Of a stretch of DNA of 64,000 nucleotides, positions 46,530 to 60,500 are shown piece after piece. The notes under the pieces were generated by a model. That model was not told where the DNA came from. It saw only the letters and a list, made by a program, of their open reading frames with translations, and did not search any database. The DNA is taken from NCBI RefSeq assembly GCF_902713615.1, contig NW_024055476.1, positions 248,001-312,000 on the forward strand, written 5' to 3'. Numbering within the stretch: the first letter of the stretch is position 1; the number at the start of each line of letters is the position of its first letter. Source of the stretch: Scyliorhinus canicula. Lineage: Eukaryota. The translations under genes were made by a program, and so were the position numbers.

Positions 46530-49085
46530 AAAATAATTTTTATTGAAAAATTTTGTATTTATATATCAACAACGAACCGCAATAAAATGCCAACAATAAC
46601 AATAATGATAACAGTCATAAACATTCGCCCATCCTTAATGAGCAACAAAACATATTAACAGCAACTTAAATTTACACAATATTAAGTTAAAAAACAATAG
46701 AGAAGAAGAAAAAATAGAAACAATAAAGAACACCCTCCATTCTCCCCCCCCCCCCTCCCCCTCTCACCTCCCCCCCCCTTCCCCCCACCCCGGGTTGCTG
46801 CTGCTATTGACCAAGGTACCTATCTTTGAGCCAGAAAGTCCAGAAAAGGCTGCCACCGTTTATAGAACCCTTGTACTGATCCTCTCAGGGCAAATTTGAC
46901 CCTCTCTAATTTTATAAATCCCGCCATGTCACTGATCCCGGTCTCCACACTTGGGGGCTTCGCATCTTTCCACTGCATCAAGATCCTCCGCCGGGCTACT
47001 AGGAACGCAAAGGCCAGAACACCGGCCTCTTTCGCCTCCTGCACTCCCGGCTCCGCCGCAACTCCAAAAATCGCGAGTCCCCAACTTGGTTTCCCCCTGG
47101 ATCCAACCACCCTCGACACCGTCCCCGCCACTCCCTTCCAGAATTCTTCCAGTGCCGGACATGACCAGAACATATGGGCGTGGTTCGCTGGACTCCCCGA
47201 ACACCTGGTGCACCTGTCCTCACCCCCAAAGAACCTACTCTTCCGAGTCCCGGACATGTGGGCCCGATGCAGCACCTTAAATTGGATGAGACTAAGCCTC
47301 GCACATGAGGAGGAAGAGTTGACTCTCTCCAAGGCATCCGCCCAAGTCCCATCCTCTATTTGCTCTCCTAGTTCCCCCTCCCATTTAGCCTTCAGCTCCT
47401 CCACTGACGACTCCTCCACCTCCTGCATTACCTTCTAAATGTCAGACACCTTCCCCTCTCCGACCCACACCCCCGAAAGCACTCTGTCCATCGCCCCCCG
47501 CAAGGGCAGCAAACAAAATTCCTCCACCTGTCGCCTAGCAAACGCCTTTACCTGCAAGTATCTGAACATGTTCCCTTGGGGGAGCCCACATTTATCTTCC
47601 AGTTCCCCAAGGCCCGCAAACCTCCCGCCAATAAACAGGTCCCTCAATTTACTGATGCCAACCCTATGCCACCCCCTAAATCCCCCATCAGTGTTCCCCG
47701 GGATGTACCGATGATTTCCACCTAATGGAGCCTCCATCGGGCCCCCTGTTTCCCCCCAATGCCGTCTCCACTGTCCCCAGATTCTTAGGGTCGCCGCCAC
47801 CACCGGGCTCGTGGTATACCTCTTAGGGGAGAGCGGCAACGGCGCCGTTACCAGGGCACCCAGGCTCGTACATCTACAAGACGCCATCTCCATTCTTTTC
47901 CACGCCGCCCCCCCCCCCCCCCCCACCCCCATCACCTATTTACGCACCATTGACACATTGGCTGCCCAATAGTACCCCAAAAGGCTGGGCAGCGCCAGCC
48001 CGCCTCTATCCCTCCCTCGCTCCAGGAAAACCCTCTTCACTCTCGGAGTCCCATGTGCCCACACAAAGCTCAAAATACTGCTAGTCACCCTCCTAAAGAA
48101 GGCCCTGGGGATGAAGATGGGCAGGCACTGAAAGAGGAACAAGAATCTCGGAGGCACCGTCATTTTGACGGACTGCACCCTCCCCGCCAACGACAATGGC
48201 AGCATGTCCCACCTCTTGAACTCCTCCTCCATCTGATCCACAAGCCTAGTGAAATTATGCTTATGAAGAGTCCCCCAGTCCCTGGCCACCTGCACCTCCA
48301 GGTACCTAAAACTCTCCCCTGCCCTCCTAAGCGGGAGCCTACCAATTCCCTCCTCCTGGTCCCCAGGGTGCACCACAAACACCTCACTCTTGCCTAGATT
48401 TAGTTTATAGCCTGAAAAGGTCCCACACTCAGCTAGCAGCTCCATCACCCCCCGGCATCCCCCCCCCCCACCGGGTCCGCCACATACAGTAGCAGGTCAT
48501 CGGCGTACAACGAGACCCTATGTTCCTCCCCACCTCGCACCAAACCCCTCCACCTCCCTGAATCCCTCAACGCCATTGCCAACGGTTTGATTGCCAATGC
48601 AAACAACAAGGGGGACAGGGGGCAACCCTGCCTGGTCCCTCGGTAAAGCCGGAAGTACTCCGACCGCCTCCCATTCGTGGCCACACACGCCATCGAGGGC
48701 CTCATACAGCAGACTCACCCATCTAATAAACCCTTCACCAAATCCAAACCTCCCCAACACCTCCCATAAGTACCCCCACTCCACTCTATCGAAGGCCATC
48801 TCCGCATCCAGCGCCACCACTATCTCAGCCTCCCCCTCAATCGCCGGCATCATGATGACATTCAACAATCTCCGCACATTCGTATTCAGCTGCCTTCCCT
48901 TAACAAAACCTGTCTGGTCCTCGTGTACAACCCCTGGCACACAGTCCTCTATCCTGCTGGCTAGGATCTTTGCCAGCACCTTGGCATCCACATTAAGGAG
49001 AGATATGGGCCTGTATGAACCACACTGCTGGGGGTCCTTGTCCCTCTTTAAGATTAAAGAAATCGGCACTTTGGCTCTCCCAACC
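46530..49085 (-). mobile_element. 5'-truncated L1/Tx1 LINE, same family as 29010-34806
   Basis: RT and C-terminal ORF2 peptides paralogous to 32000-34467; poly(A) end at about 46530. Confidence 0.93.
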
Positions 49086-52000
49086 TGCGCCGATCCAGAT
49101 CCTTTATCTAAACCTGTCTCCTGTTTTGCAAAGATCTACTTCCCTATGTTCCCCGCCCGTTCATATATCTGTCTAGATGCATCTTAAATGATGCTATCGT
49201 GCCCGCCTCTACCACCTCCGGTGGCAAAGCGTTCCAGGCACCCACCACACTCTGCGTAAAAAACTTTCCACGCACATCTCCCTTAAACTTTCCCCCTCTC
49301 ACCTTGAAATCGTGACCCCTTATAATTGACACCCCACTCTTGGAAAAAGCTTGTTGCTATCCACCCTGTCCATACCTCTCATAATTTAGCAGACCTCAAT
49401 CAGGTCCGCCCTCAACCTCCGTCTTTCCAACGAAAACAATCCTAATCTACTCAACCTTTCATCATAGCTAGCACCCTCCATACCAGGCAACATCCTGGTG
49501 CATCTCCTCTGCACCCTCTCCAAAGCATCCACATCCTTCTGGTAATGTGGCGACCAGAACTGCACGCAGTATTCCAAATGTGGCCAAACCAAAATCCTAA
49601 ACAACTGTAACATGACCTGCCGACTCTTGTACTCCATTCCCCATCCGATGAAGGAAAGCATGCTGTATGCCTTCTTGACCACTGTATCACCTGCGTTGCC
49701 ACCTTCAGGGTACAATGGCCCTGAACTCCCAGATCTCTCTGTACATCAATTTTCCCCAGGACTCTTCCATTGACCATATAGTCCGCTCTTGAATTAGATC
49801 TTCCGAAATGCATCACCTCGCATTTGCCTGGATTGAACTCCATCTGCCATTTCTCTGCCCAACTCTCCAATCTATCTATATTTTGCAGTATTCTCTGACA
49901 GTCCCTCTCGCTATCTGCAACTCCACCAATCTTAGTATCATCTGCAAACTTGCTAATCAGGCTACCTATACCTTCTTCCAGATCATTTATGTACATCACA
50001 AACAACAGTGGTCTGAGCAGGGATCCCTGTGGAACACCACTAGTCACCTTCCTCCATTTTGAGGCACTCCCTTCCACCACTACTCTCTGTCTCCTGTTGA
50101 CCAGCCAAGTCTTTATCCATCTAGCTAGTAGACCCTGAACCCCATACGACTTCACTTTTTCCATCAACCTGCCATGGGAAACTTTATCAAACACCTTATT
50201 GAAGTCCATGTATATGACAGCTGCAGCCCTTCCCTCATCAATTAACTTTGTCACTTCTTCAAAGAATTCTATTAGGTTTGTAAGACATGACCTTCCCTGC
50301 ACAAAACCATGCTCCCTATCACTGATAAGTCTATTTTCTTCCAAATGTGAATAGATCCTATCCCTCAGTATCTTCCCTAACAGTTTGCCTACCACTGACG
50401 TCAAGCTTGTAGGTCTATAATTCCCTGGATTATGCCTGCTGCCCTTCTTAAACAAAGGGATAACTTTAGCAATTCTCCAGTCCTCCGGGACCTCACCAGT
50501 GCTCAAGAATACTGCAAAGATATCTGTTAAGGCCCCAGCTATTTCGTCCCTCGCTTCCCTCAGCAATCTGGGATAGATCCCATCCGGACCTGGGGTCTTG
50601 TCCACCCTAATGCCTTTTAGAATACCCAAAACTTCCCCCTTCCGTATGACAACTTGACCGAGAGTATTTAAACATCCATCCCTAGCCTCAACATCCGTCA
50701 TGTCCCTCTCCTTGGTGAATACCGATGCAAAGTATTCATTAAGAATCTCATCCATTTCCTCTGACTCTATGCATAAATTCCCTCTTTTGTCTTTGAGTGG
50801 GCCAATTCTTTCTCTAGTTACCCTCTTGCTCCTTATATACGAATAAAAGGCTTTGGGATTTTCCTTAACCCTGTTAGCCAAAGATATTCCATGACCCCTT
50901 TTAGCCCCCTTTATTGTGCATTTGAGATTCGTCCTACTCTCCCGATATTCGTCCAAAGCTTCAGCAGTTTTGAGTCGCCTCGATCTTATGTGTGATTCCT
51001 TTTTCATCTCAGCTCGTCTCATAGTTCCACCCGCCATCCATGGTTCCCTAATCTTGCCATTTCTATCCCTCATTTTCACAGGGGCATGTCTGTCCTGCAC
51101 GCTAATCAACCTTTCCTTAAAAGACTCCCACATTTCAAATGTGGATTTAGCCTTAAAGAGCTGCTCCCAGTGCACATTCCCTAGCTCCTGCCGAATTTTG
51201 CGAAACTCGGCCTTTCCCCAATTTAGCACTCTTCCTTTAGGACCACTCTCTGCTTTGTCCATGAGTATTCTAAAACTTACGGAATTGTGATCGCTATTCC
51301 CAAGGTAATCACCGACTGAAACTTCAATCACCTGGCCGGGATCAATCCCCAATACCAGGTCCAGTATGACCCCTTCCCGAGTTGGACTATTTGCATACTG
51401 CACTAAAAAAAACTCTCCTGGATGCTCCTTACAAACTCTACTCCATTTACGCCTCCAACGCTACACGAGTCCCATTCAATGTTGGGGAAGTTAAAATCTC
51501 CCATCACAACCACCCTATTGCTCCTACATTTTTCTATAGTCTGTCTGCATAGTTGTACATCTACTTCATGCTCGCTTTTGGGAGGCCTATAGTAAAGACC
51601 CAACAATGTTACTGCGCTCTTTCTATTTCTTAGCTCTACCCATATTGCCTCACTGCTCGAAACCTCCATCGTGCCCTCCTTGATCACAGCTGTGATATCA
51701 TCTCTGACTAGTAATGGAACTCCTCCACCCCTTCTACCTCCCTCTCTATCCCTCCTGAAGCATCTATACCCTGGATATTCAGTTGCCAGTCCTGCCCTTC
51801 CCTCAACCAAGACTCAGTAATACCAATAACATCATATTCCCAGGTACTAATCCAAGCCCTAAATTAATCTGCCTTACCTGCTACACTTCTCGCATTAAAC
51901 AGATGCACCTCAGACCACCGGACCCTTTGTGTTCATCATCTCTTCCCTGTCTACTCTTCCCTTTAGTCACATTGAGTTTATTATCTAGTACCTTACTGGC

Positions 52001-53711
52001 TTTAGTTGGTGCCTCTTTACTGACCTCTAACTTTCTAATCTGGTTCCCATCCCCCTGCCACATTAGTTTAAAACCTCCCCAACAGTGTTAGCAAAAGCAC
52101 CCCCTAGGACATTGGTTCCAGTCCTGCCAGGTGTAGACCATCCGGTTTGTAATGGTCCCACCGCCCCCAGAACCGGTTCCAATGTCCCAAAAATCTGAAC
52201 CCCTCCCTCCTGCACCATCTCTCAAGCCACGTATTCATTCTGACTATTCTTGAATTTCTACTCTGACTGTCTCGTGGCACTGGCAGCAATCCTGAGATTA
52301 CTACCTTTGAGGTCCTACTTTTTAACTTATCTCCTAACTCCCTAAATTCTGATTGTAGGTCCTCATTCCATTTTTTACCAATATCGTTGGTGCCTATATG
52401 CACCACGACAACTGACTGTTCACCCCTCCCCCTTCAGTATGGCCTGTAGCCGTTCTGAGACATCCCTGACCCGTACACCCGGGAGGCAACATACCAGCCG
52501 GGATGCTGCACGGTAGCATTGTGGATAGCAAAATCGCTTCACAGCTCCAAGATCCCAGGTTCGATTCCGGCTTGGGTCACTGTCTGTGCAGAGTCTGTAC
52601 ATCCTCCCCGTGTGTGTGTGGGTTTCCTCCGGGTGCTCCGGTTTCCTCCCACAGTCCAAAGATGTGCGGGTTAGGTGGATTGGCCATGCTAAATTTCCCT
52701 TAGTGTCCAGAATTGCCCTTCGTGTTGGGTGGGGTTACTGGGTTATGGAGATAGGGTGAAGGTGTTAACCTTGGGTACGGTGCTCTTTCCAAGAGCCGGG
52801 ACAGACTCGATTGTCTGAATGGCCTCCTTCTGTATTGTAAATTCTATGAAATTCATTCGGGAGTCTCGTTTGCGACCACAGAAACGCCTGTCTACTCACG
52901 TTACGACTGAATCCCCTATGACCATAGCCCTGCCAGTCTTTTTCCCGCCCTTCTGTGCAGCAGAGCCGGCCACGGTGCCATGAGCCTGGCTACTACTGCC
53001 TTGCCCTGGCGAGTCATCTCTCCCAACAGTATCCAAAACGGTCTAACTGTTTTGGAGGGAGATGACCGCAGTGGACACATGCACTGCCTTCCTGCTCTTT
53101 CTCTGCCTTTTGGTCACCCATTTTCTGTCTCCGTTACCAATCCTAATCTGCGGTGTGACCAACTCACTGAACACGCTGTCCACGACCTCCTCAGCATCGC
53201 GGATGCTCCAAAGTGAGTCCATCCGCAGCTCCAGAGCCATCATGCGGTCTAACAGGAGCTGCTGCTGGACATACCCCGCCCATGAAGGAGTCAGGGGCAT
53301 CAGCCGCGTCCCTGAACTCCCACATTGAGCATGAGGAGCATAACACGGGTCTGGGATCTCCTGCCATTTTTACACTTTACCTTAGCTGATTACACATATA
53401 ATATCAAATAATGAATTAGTGAAAGGAATAACGATTTTACTTACCAATCACAATACTTACCAACCCACGAAGAGTTAAATTTCTCCCAGCGACTGCTATT
53501 TGGAGCACTTTCCTTACCAGCCAATCAGGTCACTGCTTTGCTGTGATGTCACTCTTCAAGGTCAGTTTTTAAAGAGGTAAACTTACCTTCCCAACAGGCT
53601 CCTGGCCACTGCTCCCGCCGAGAATCTGAAAGCCGCTGCTCCTTATCACCAGTCTTTCTTTTTTGGTTAGAGGAGGAGGGCGGGTGGGAGACACTACACG
53701 TGTAGTGTCTC
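49085..53711 (-). mobile_element. Near-full-length CR1 LINE (ORF1 esterase, ORF2 APE-RT, 5' UTR), with V-SINE at 52503-52848
   Basis: 650-aa RT ORF 49451-51403; HIGTND and DGLHL esterase motifs; LELRMDSLWSIRDAE ORF1 N-terminus. Confidence 0.95.
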
Positions 53712-54699
53712 GGGTTCTGCCGAATAGCTGTATGATAATATACTTAAGTTACATCATTCCAACAGATATTTATATTGTTCATGAAACAGTTCATTTATAT
53801 CCAGATTACCCAAAATTTATACAAGCTTAAAGGTGTGGAACGAATCTCACATCATGGTCTTTTATTGCCAATAACCCAGCCCCAACCAATCCAATCATCC
53901 CGAAGGGAAAAATGCTTCTAAACCATTCACACAGCGAGTGGTTCTGATCTGGTCTGCACGGCCTGGGACACTGGTGCAGGCAGATACAACAGTGGTTTCA
54001 CAGGGAATGGTAGGAGTGACGGAAATCAAATGTATCTCTCCAGGGAAAGGGCGGTGCAGTCGGATTGAATGATCTGCTGATCGATAGAGAGGCTGAGGAC
54101 AAACGGAATGAATGTTCTCCTTTGGTACTTCACGCACTTTTCAGGCTTTCGATGTCGTCTGGCTGTGAGATGATGTGGACCAATACCTGCAGGTTCCCTG
54201 CAAGTTCCCCACCACCGCCAGTATTCTCACTGTCATCCTTTCTATTCACTGTGTCCATGTGTGAACTCAGCGTCCGCCTTAGCTGACTGGTTACTTCACA
54301 GCATCAACTTCATTGTAAGTTCCAATCTGTCTGACCCTGGGTGCTGCCTGTGCTTTTCATATTGAAAACATCTGTGTTGCACCCAATAAAAACTGACGCA
54401 CATTTCATAATCAGAGGGAAGTCTATCTTTTTTGAGGTTGCATTGCAATTATTGTTAAAAGCGGCTGTGCCACGTGTTTGCTTTCTGGCCTCTCACTGGG
54501 GAAAGACAAGTTCTATTCCAGGTCTGCACAATAACTGACCTATCACACTGTCAATTATTCACAACTTAAATAGTGGAATACTGCATGAAGAATATTTACT
54601 TTATCCAGTATCTGATTTTATAATTTAGGATCAAGTTTGTTTACTCAGCAAATGTATTAATCCGTATTGTGTTTTCCACATGATACCCAGTTCCCCATA

Positions 54700-55870
54700 T
54701 CTCCAAGCACACTCCATCTCTCCCTTCCATTCTCTCCCTCTCTCACACTCTCTCCATCTCTCACATATTCTCCCTCTCTCACACTCTCTCCCTCGCTCAC
54801 ACTCTCCCTCTCTCACACTCTCTCCCTCTATCACACTCCCTCCCTCTCACACACACTTTCTCACTCACACTCTCTCCCTCTCTCGCACTCTCCCTCTCTC
54901 ACACTCACACACTCTCACACACTCCTTCGCTCTCTCGCACTCTCTCTCTCTATCACACCCTCCATCTCTCATCCTCTCTCTCTATCACACTCCCTCCCTC
55001 TCTCTCACTCTCTCCCCCTCTCACACTCCCTCTCTCGCACTCTCTCTCTCCCTCTCTCGCACTCTAACCTTCCTTCCCTCTCTCGCACTCTAACCCTCTC
55101 TCGCACTCTCGCCCCCTTTTGCACTCTCTCTCTCTCTGTTGTGCTCTCTCTCTCTCTCACATTCTCCCCTCTCACACTCTCTCCATCTGACATGTTCGCT
55201 ACCTCACTCACCCTCCCTCTCTCCCACTCTATCCCTCTCTCACACACTCACCCTCCCTCTGTCTCTCCCTGCATGCCTCGCTCCCTCACACACTCATTCC
55301 CTCTCTCACACTTTCTCTCACACCCTTTCCCTCTCTCCCACTCTTTACTTCTCTCCCACTTTCTCTCACACTCTTTCCCTCTCTCACACTTTCTCCCACA
55401 CTCTTTCCCTCTCTCCCACTTTCTCTCACATTCTTTCGCTCTCTCACACTTTTTCCCTCTCTCACATTTTCTCTCTCATTCGCTCACACTCTTTCCGTCT
55501 CTCACACGTTCTCTCACACTCTTTACTTCTCTCCAACTTTCTCTCACATTCTTTCCCTCTCCCACTCCCTCAGTCACTCAGTCGCTCTCTCCTTTACTTA
55601 TGTCTGATATTATGTCAGTGTTTTATACACCATCCTTCTCACACAATCTGCCTCCCTCATCCACTCACCCACTCGGCTCCATTCTCTGCTTCCCTTTCTC
55701 TCAGACAATCTACCTCCTTCTCTCGTTTTATTCTTTATTTCTCCCACCCTCTTTCTCTCCCATTCTATCTCCTCCCACCCTCTTTCTCTCTCACCCTGTC
55801 TTCTTGCAGCACATCGCACAGACCAGTTCTCTCTTCCTCCACATCTCACCCCGCCTCTCTCCCAGTTTAA
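54700..55870. repeat. Pyrimidine-rich (CT/CA) cryptic microsatellite
   Basis: Low-complexity ctctctcacac repeats. Confidence 0.95.
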
Positions 55871-55879
55871 GTGAATGAA

Positions 55880-56063
55880 ATTAATGAAAATCGCTTTTTG
55901 TCACGAGTAGGCTTCAATGAAGTTACTGTGAAAAGCCCCTAGTCGCCACATTCCGGCGCCTGTCCGGGGAGGCTGGTACGGGAATGGAACCGTACTGGTG
56001 GCCTGCTTGGTCTGCTTGGTCGGCTTTCAAAGCCAGCAATTTAGCCCAGTGAGCTAAACCAGC
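55880..56063 (-). mobile_element. tRNA-derived SINE (second family)
   Basis: Reverse complement gctggtttagctcactgggctaaat...ggttccattcccgtaccagcctccccgg...; copies at 9420, 35090 and 58250. Confidence 0.85.
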
Positions 56064-56352
56064 AGTCTGGCCAGTCTGTGTATCAGATGGTCGGCCGGTA
56101 TCAGTTAGAGACGGGGTATTAGTTTTCACAGCTGTATATGTTTTAATGCTGCTCTCTGAGGCGTTGAGTTTCAATGTGCTGCAGCCTCTGAGTTTTCTGA
56201 GGTTCCAATGGTTCTAAAGATTTTCTTAGTTTGAGGGCTGAATCAGATTTAGATATGGGATCACATACTTTGCGCTTAAAACAGTTCCAGATTTTGGAGA
56301 CATTGAAATTTGCTACTTAGGCTCAGGCAGAACGTACTGACATCAAATAAAG

Positions 56353-57205
56353 GAATGGTCACAGATAGAGGCAGCTACACCCCAGAGTGCAGTGGACCCA
56401 CCCAGAGAAACACACTGACAATTGGAACTGAATCACTGAATGGTCACAGATAGAGGCAGCTACACCCCAGAGTGCAGTGGAACCACCCAGATAAACACAC
56501 TGACAATTGGAACTGAAACACTGAATGGTCACAGTTACAGAGGCAGCTACACCCCAGAGTGCAGTGGAACCATCCAGAGAAACACATTGACATTTGGAAC
56601 TGAATCACTGAATGGTCACAGTTACAGAGACAGCTACATCCCAGAGTGCAGTGAACCACACTGACAATTGCAACTGAATCACTGAATGGTCACAGTTACA
56701 GAAACAGCTACACCCCAGAATGCGGTGAACCACCCTGAGAAACACACTGACAATTGGAACTGAATCACTGAATGGTCACAGTTACAGAGGCAGCTACACC
56801 CCAGAGTGCAGTGGACCCACCCAGAGAAACACACTGACAATTGGAACTGAATCACTGAATGGTTACAGTTACAGAGGCAGCTACATCCCAGAGTGCAGTG
56901 AACCACACTGACAATTGCAACTGAATCACTGAATGGTCACAGTTACAGAAACAGCTACACCCCAGAATGCGGTGAACCACCCTGAGAAACACACTGACAA
57001 TTGGAACTGAATCACTGAATGGTCACAGTTACAGAGGCAGCTACACCACAGAGTGCAGTGGAACCACCCAGAGAAACACACTGACAATTGCAACTGAATC
57101 ACTGAATGGTCACAGTTACAGAGGCAGCTACATCTCAGTGTGCAGTGGACCCACACAGAGAAACACACTGACAATTGGAACTGAATCACTGAATGGTCAC
57201 AGTGG
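56353..57205. repeat. About 87-bp minisatellite, 10 units, with a duplicated 247-bp trimer
   Basis: Unit starts 56353, 56438, 56523, 56610, 56684, 56770, 56857, 56931, 57017, 57104, 57191. Confidence 0.95.
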
Positions 57206-57457
57206 TGTGAGGGTTATCACTGTAACAATCTGAGATCTAGAGATGGGACTCATGTTGTCTGAGTGGACAGCATCCTTTCTGTTAATGTTAGCTGACCAAT
57301 GTGATCAACACAGTTCAGTGTTTGGAAAGTGGTCACTCACTCAAAAAATAATATTTTATTTCACTGAACACAATATCGTAATCTGTTTGTTCATATATTT
57401 CTAATAATAACGTGTACGATTTCACAACCTCAATATCCCTGATGTGGTCCCCCAGGG

Positions 57458-57463
57458 TATAAA
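57458..57463 (+). promoter_or_regulatory. Candidate TATA box of the GPCR
   Basis: TATAAA 92 bp upstream of the exon-1 ATG. Confidence 0.4.
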
Positions 57464-57549
57464 TTAAATGCTTTGGGAACATATAACCTCGGAGTTTCAG
57501 ACACAGAGACTGACACCAGCACGAAAGGACACATCACTTCATACTGAAA

Positions 57550-60500
57550 ATGCATAATCCAATTTATACTGCTGAGAAAATATTCTACCCAATCGTTGCT
57601 ATCGTTGGTGTTCCTGGTAAGTGACTATCACCATTGAACTTGTGTAAATCTGTGTGTGAGCGGCTCTCTGATTTGAAACTCTGAGTGAAAATGTTTAATC
57701 CTGATCTCGTGCACACTGTGATACAGACACCTGATCAACGATATCATTGTCAAATATCTTTAAGCATGTCAATGGTTTGAATCCCTTCCATCAACTCACA
57801 ATAAACCTCTGTTTGTTACTCACTGGATCTCTGACCAGTGAAGTTATTATATTGAGTGGGATCTTGTATAATGTTAGATTGGATCTCAGTGAAGGCAATT
57901 TCTCTGAAGGGAGGTTTAGGAGGAGAAAGAATTAAAGCACACTGCGTGTGGGTCATTAACCAGAGTGGAATATCTGACATTGGTGAACAAGGATTACTGG
58001 AAGTATCTCAGTGTAGGATTGTACTGAGTGTGGGTCTCTCACCAGAGTGGTCTGATCTAATTATCTCTCTATTTCTGCGGCTATCTGTCCATGTGGAATT
58101 GTATTGTGTGTGGATCAGTAACTGGACTGACATTAGTTAGTTCTATTTTGAAATTATGTATTTTATTGATGAGTTGTCGCTCCATTCTGTGGAGTTCTCT
58201 CTGTGAGTTTTAACTTTGGAATAGGTTGAAAACAGGAAGAGTTTGAAAATGAAATGAAAATGAAAATTGCTTATTGTCACGAGTAGGCTTCAATGAAGTC
58301 ACTGTGAAAAGCCCCTAGTCGCCACATCCCGGCGCCTGTCCGGGGAGGCTGGTACAGGAATAGAACCGTGCTGCTTGGCCTGCTTGGTCTGCTTTAAAAG
58401 CCAGCGATTTAGCCCAGTGAGCTATACCACCTCCAGTGAGCTAAACCAGCCCCTCGTGAGCTAAACCAGCTCATGTTTGGCTGGGTTTTGAAGATGTTTG
58501 ATATTTATTGTATGAAGTGAAATGTCCCTATCTCTGTTTTCTATTGACCTACTCCAACAGGAACAAACATGACCCAAACTTCAATATTTCATAAAACCCA
58601 AAACAGTGCAGTATTCCAATAGGTTTTGTGATATTTTCTCATTTCTATTCATTCTGAAATGAACTCACATGTTTGATCAATTGTTATGGATGTTTTTAAA
58701 CTGTGTTTCTGCTTCACACGAATTGTGAATCTATTCACCTGAACCCAGAAACCCCTCCAGTCCATTCACACACTTGTTTTCCAAGGAGTAATTGAGGGAC
58801 TTATTGTTCTGATCAAAATGCAGCAGCGGACACTGATCTGTCGGGAAATTAATTTCCCGTTGAAATACACACTTTGCAAATTCATAATTACTGATAATGT
58901 GTTCCTGTAATTAGTTGTATTCTTCCTCTGTATTCACTATCACTCTCAATTTGATTTTGTCTGTAAATTGTGTAATTATCGTTCTATTTCCCGATTCCAT
59001 ACTGGTGATGGGAATGGTGAAGGAGAGTGATCCCAGTGCTGATCCTTGTGGAACACCACTTCCCACCTTCCACCAATCAGCCTAAATCCCTTAAACTCCT
59101 CTCCCTGTTTTGTGTGTGTGTCGCCAGCATGTGTCCATTCTGCTGCTGTGTCCCCTAACTCCACTGGCTCTGAGATTACCCATGAGTCTGTTATTCGGAT
59201 CTTACTGACGGCCTTTAGAAAGTAAAATTGTTTAACATCTATTATACTACTCAGATCTATTATTTCTGATAGTTATTACAATAATTGGATGAAATGTGTC
59301 AGGAATAATGTTGACTTTGGAATATGTGCCGACTATTTAGTCGACTCTGTGTTACTGGATTTCTTTAACTCAGACGTCTAATTCAATTTTTCCTACTGTT
59401 GACATTGTGACTGGAAGATTTTATTATATTCTGTTGTAAATTCAAAAATAACAGAGACCGACTTCTGCTTTTCAATTCTTTGGTAATTATTCTGATGGTG
59501 ATCAGTGAGTAGATAATATTGTCTCTGCTATTTCTCACTGTCTATTTTATGAATATTTGTTGCTGAAATCCATCTGCCTCCAGTAATCTCCCTCTACCTG
59601 GACCCCACCCTCTGGCCTCCTCCCTCTGGCCTCCTATCAGCTCTTGATCTTTTCATTGAGATCTGTCAGTGCGACACGACCGTCTCAATTTCTCTGTGCC
59701 TCTCACCAACTCTATCCTGACTCACTCGAATCTTGCTCCAATCCTCTCTCTAATATCCAACCCTGACCTGGTGATCTGAGCTGCCCACAAGGGTGGTGCC
59801 ATTATTGTCTGGTGTACTGACTTATTCCTCACAGAGACTGACCTTCAACTCTCAGGCCCATCCTGCTACCTCCTCCTGGACAAGCAGCACACCACCAAAC
59901 ATCATCATATTGTTCCCAGGACACTCACTGACCTCATTGGCTCTGGATATCCTCTGACCACAGCCTCGGACATCATCGTCCCACAACCCTACACATCCTG
60001 CATCAACCTCCCGCTTCTACCTCCTTCCCAAAATCCACAAACAGGAAAGTCCCAGTAGACCCATTATTTTGGCCTGTTCCAGCCCCAGCAAGATCATTTC
60101 TTCCTCTATTAATTCCATCCGCTTTATCCTGTTCTGTCCCTTCCCAATGACATTGGTGGCACAGTAACGCAGTGGTTGGCACTGCTGCCTCACAGCACCA
60201 GGGTCCCCGAATCAATTCCAGCTTTGGTGACTGTGTGGAGACTGCAGTTCTCCCCGTGTCTGCGTGGGTTTCCTCCGGGTGCTCAGGTTTCCTCCCACAG
60301 TCCAAAGATGTGCAGATTAGTTGGCTTGGCCATGATAAATTGTGTTTAGTTTCCAAACAATTTAGATGGGGTCACTGGGTTATGGGGATGGGGTGGTCTT
60401 AACTGGTGCTTACTTTCCAAGGGCCGGTGCAGACTCGATGGGCTGAATGGCCTCCTTTTGCACTATACATTCTACATTTCTATTCCTCCCATGATTATGA

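Noticed and set aside
54130-54330. Candidate exon 1 for the minus-strand GPCR (ILAVVG-like peptide before a GT)
   Set aside because: Frame and phase do not join VNLV; in-frame stop in the phase-1 frame
54667-55878. 403-aa S/L/H/T-rich ORF
   Set aside because: CT/CA microsatellite that lacks stops by composition
56440-57189. Cys-rich ORFs (CTLGCSCLCNCDHS) resembling metallothionein or keratin-associated proteins
   Set aside because: By-product of an 87-bp (29-codon) repeat; frames break at the 74/85/86-bp units; no splice or promoter support
56353-57205. RSS-like CACAGTT/CACAGTG heptamers in the minisatellite
   Set aside because: No nonamer at 12- or 23-bp spacing
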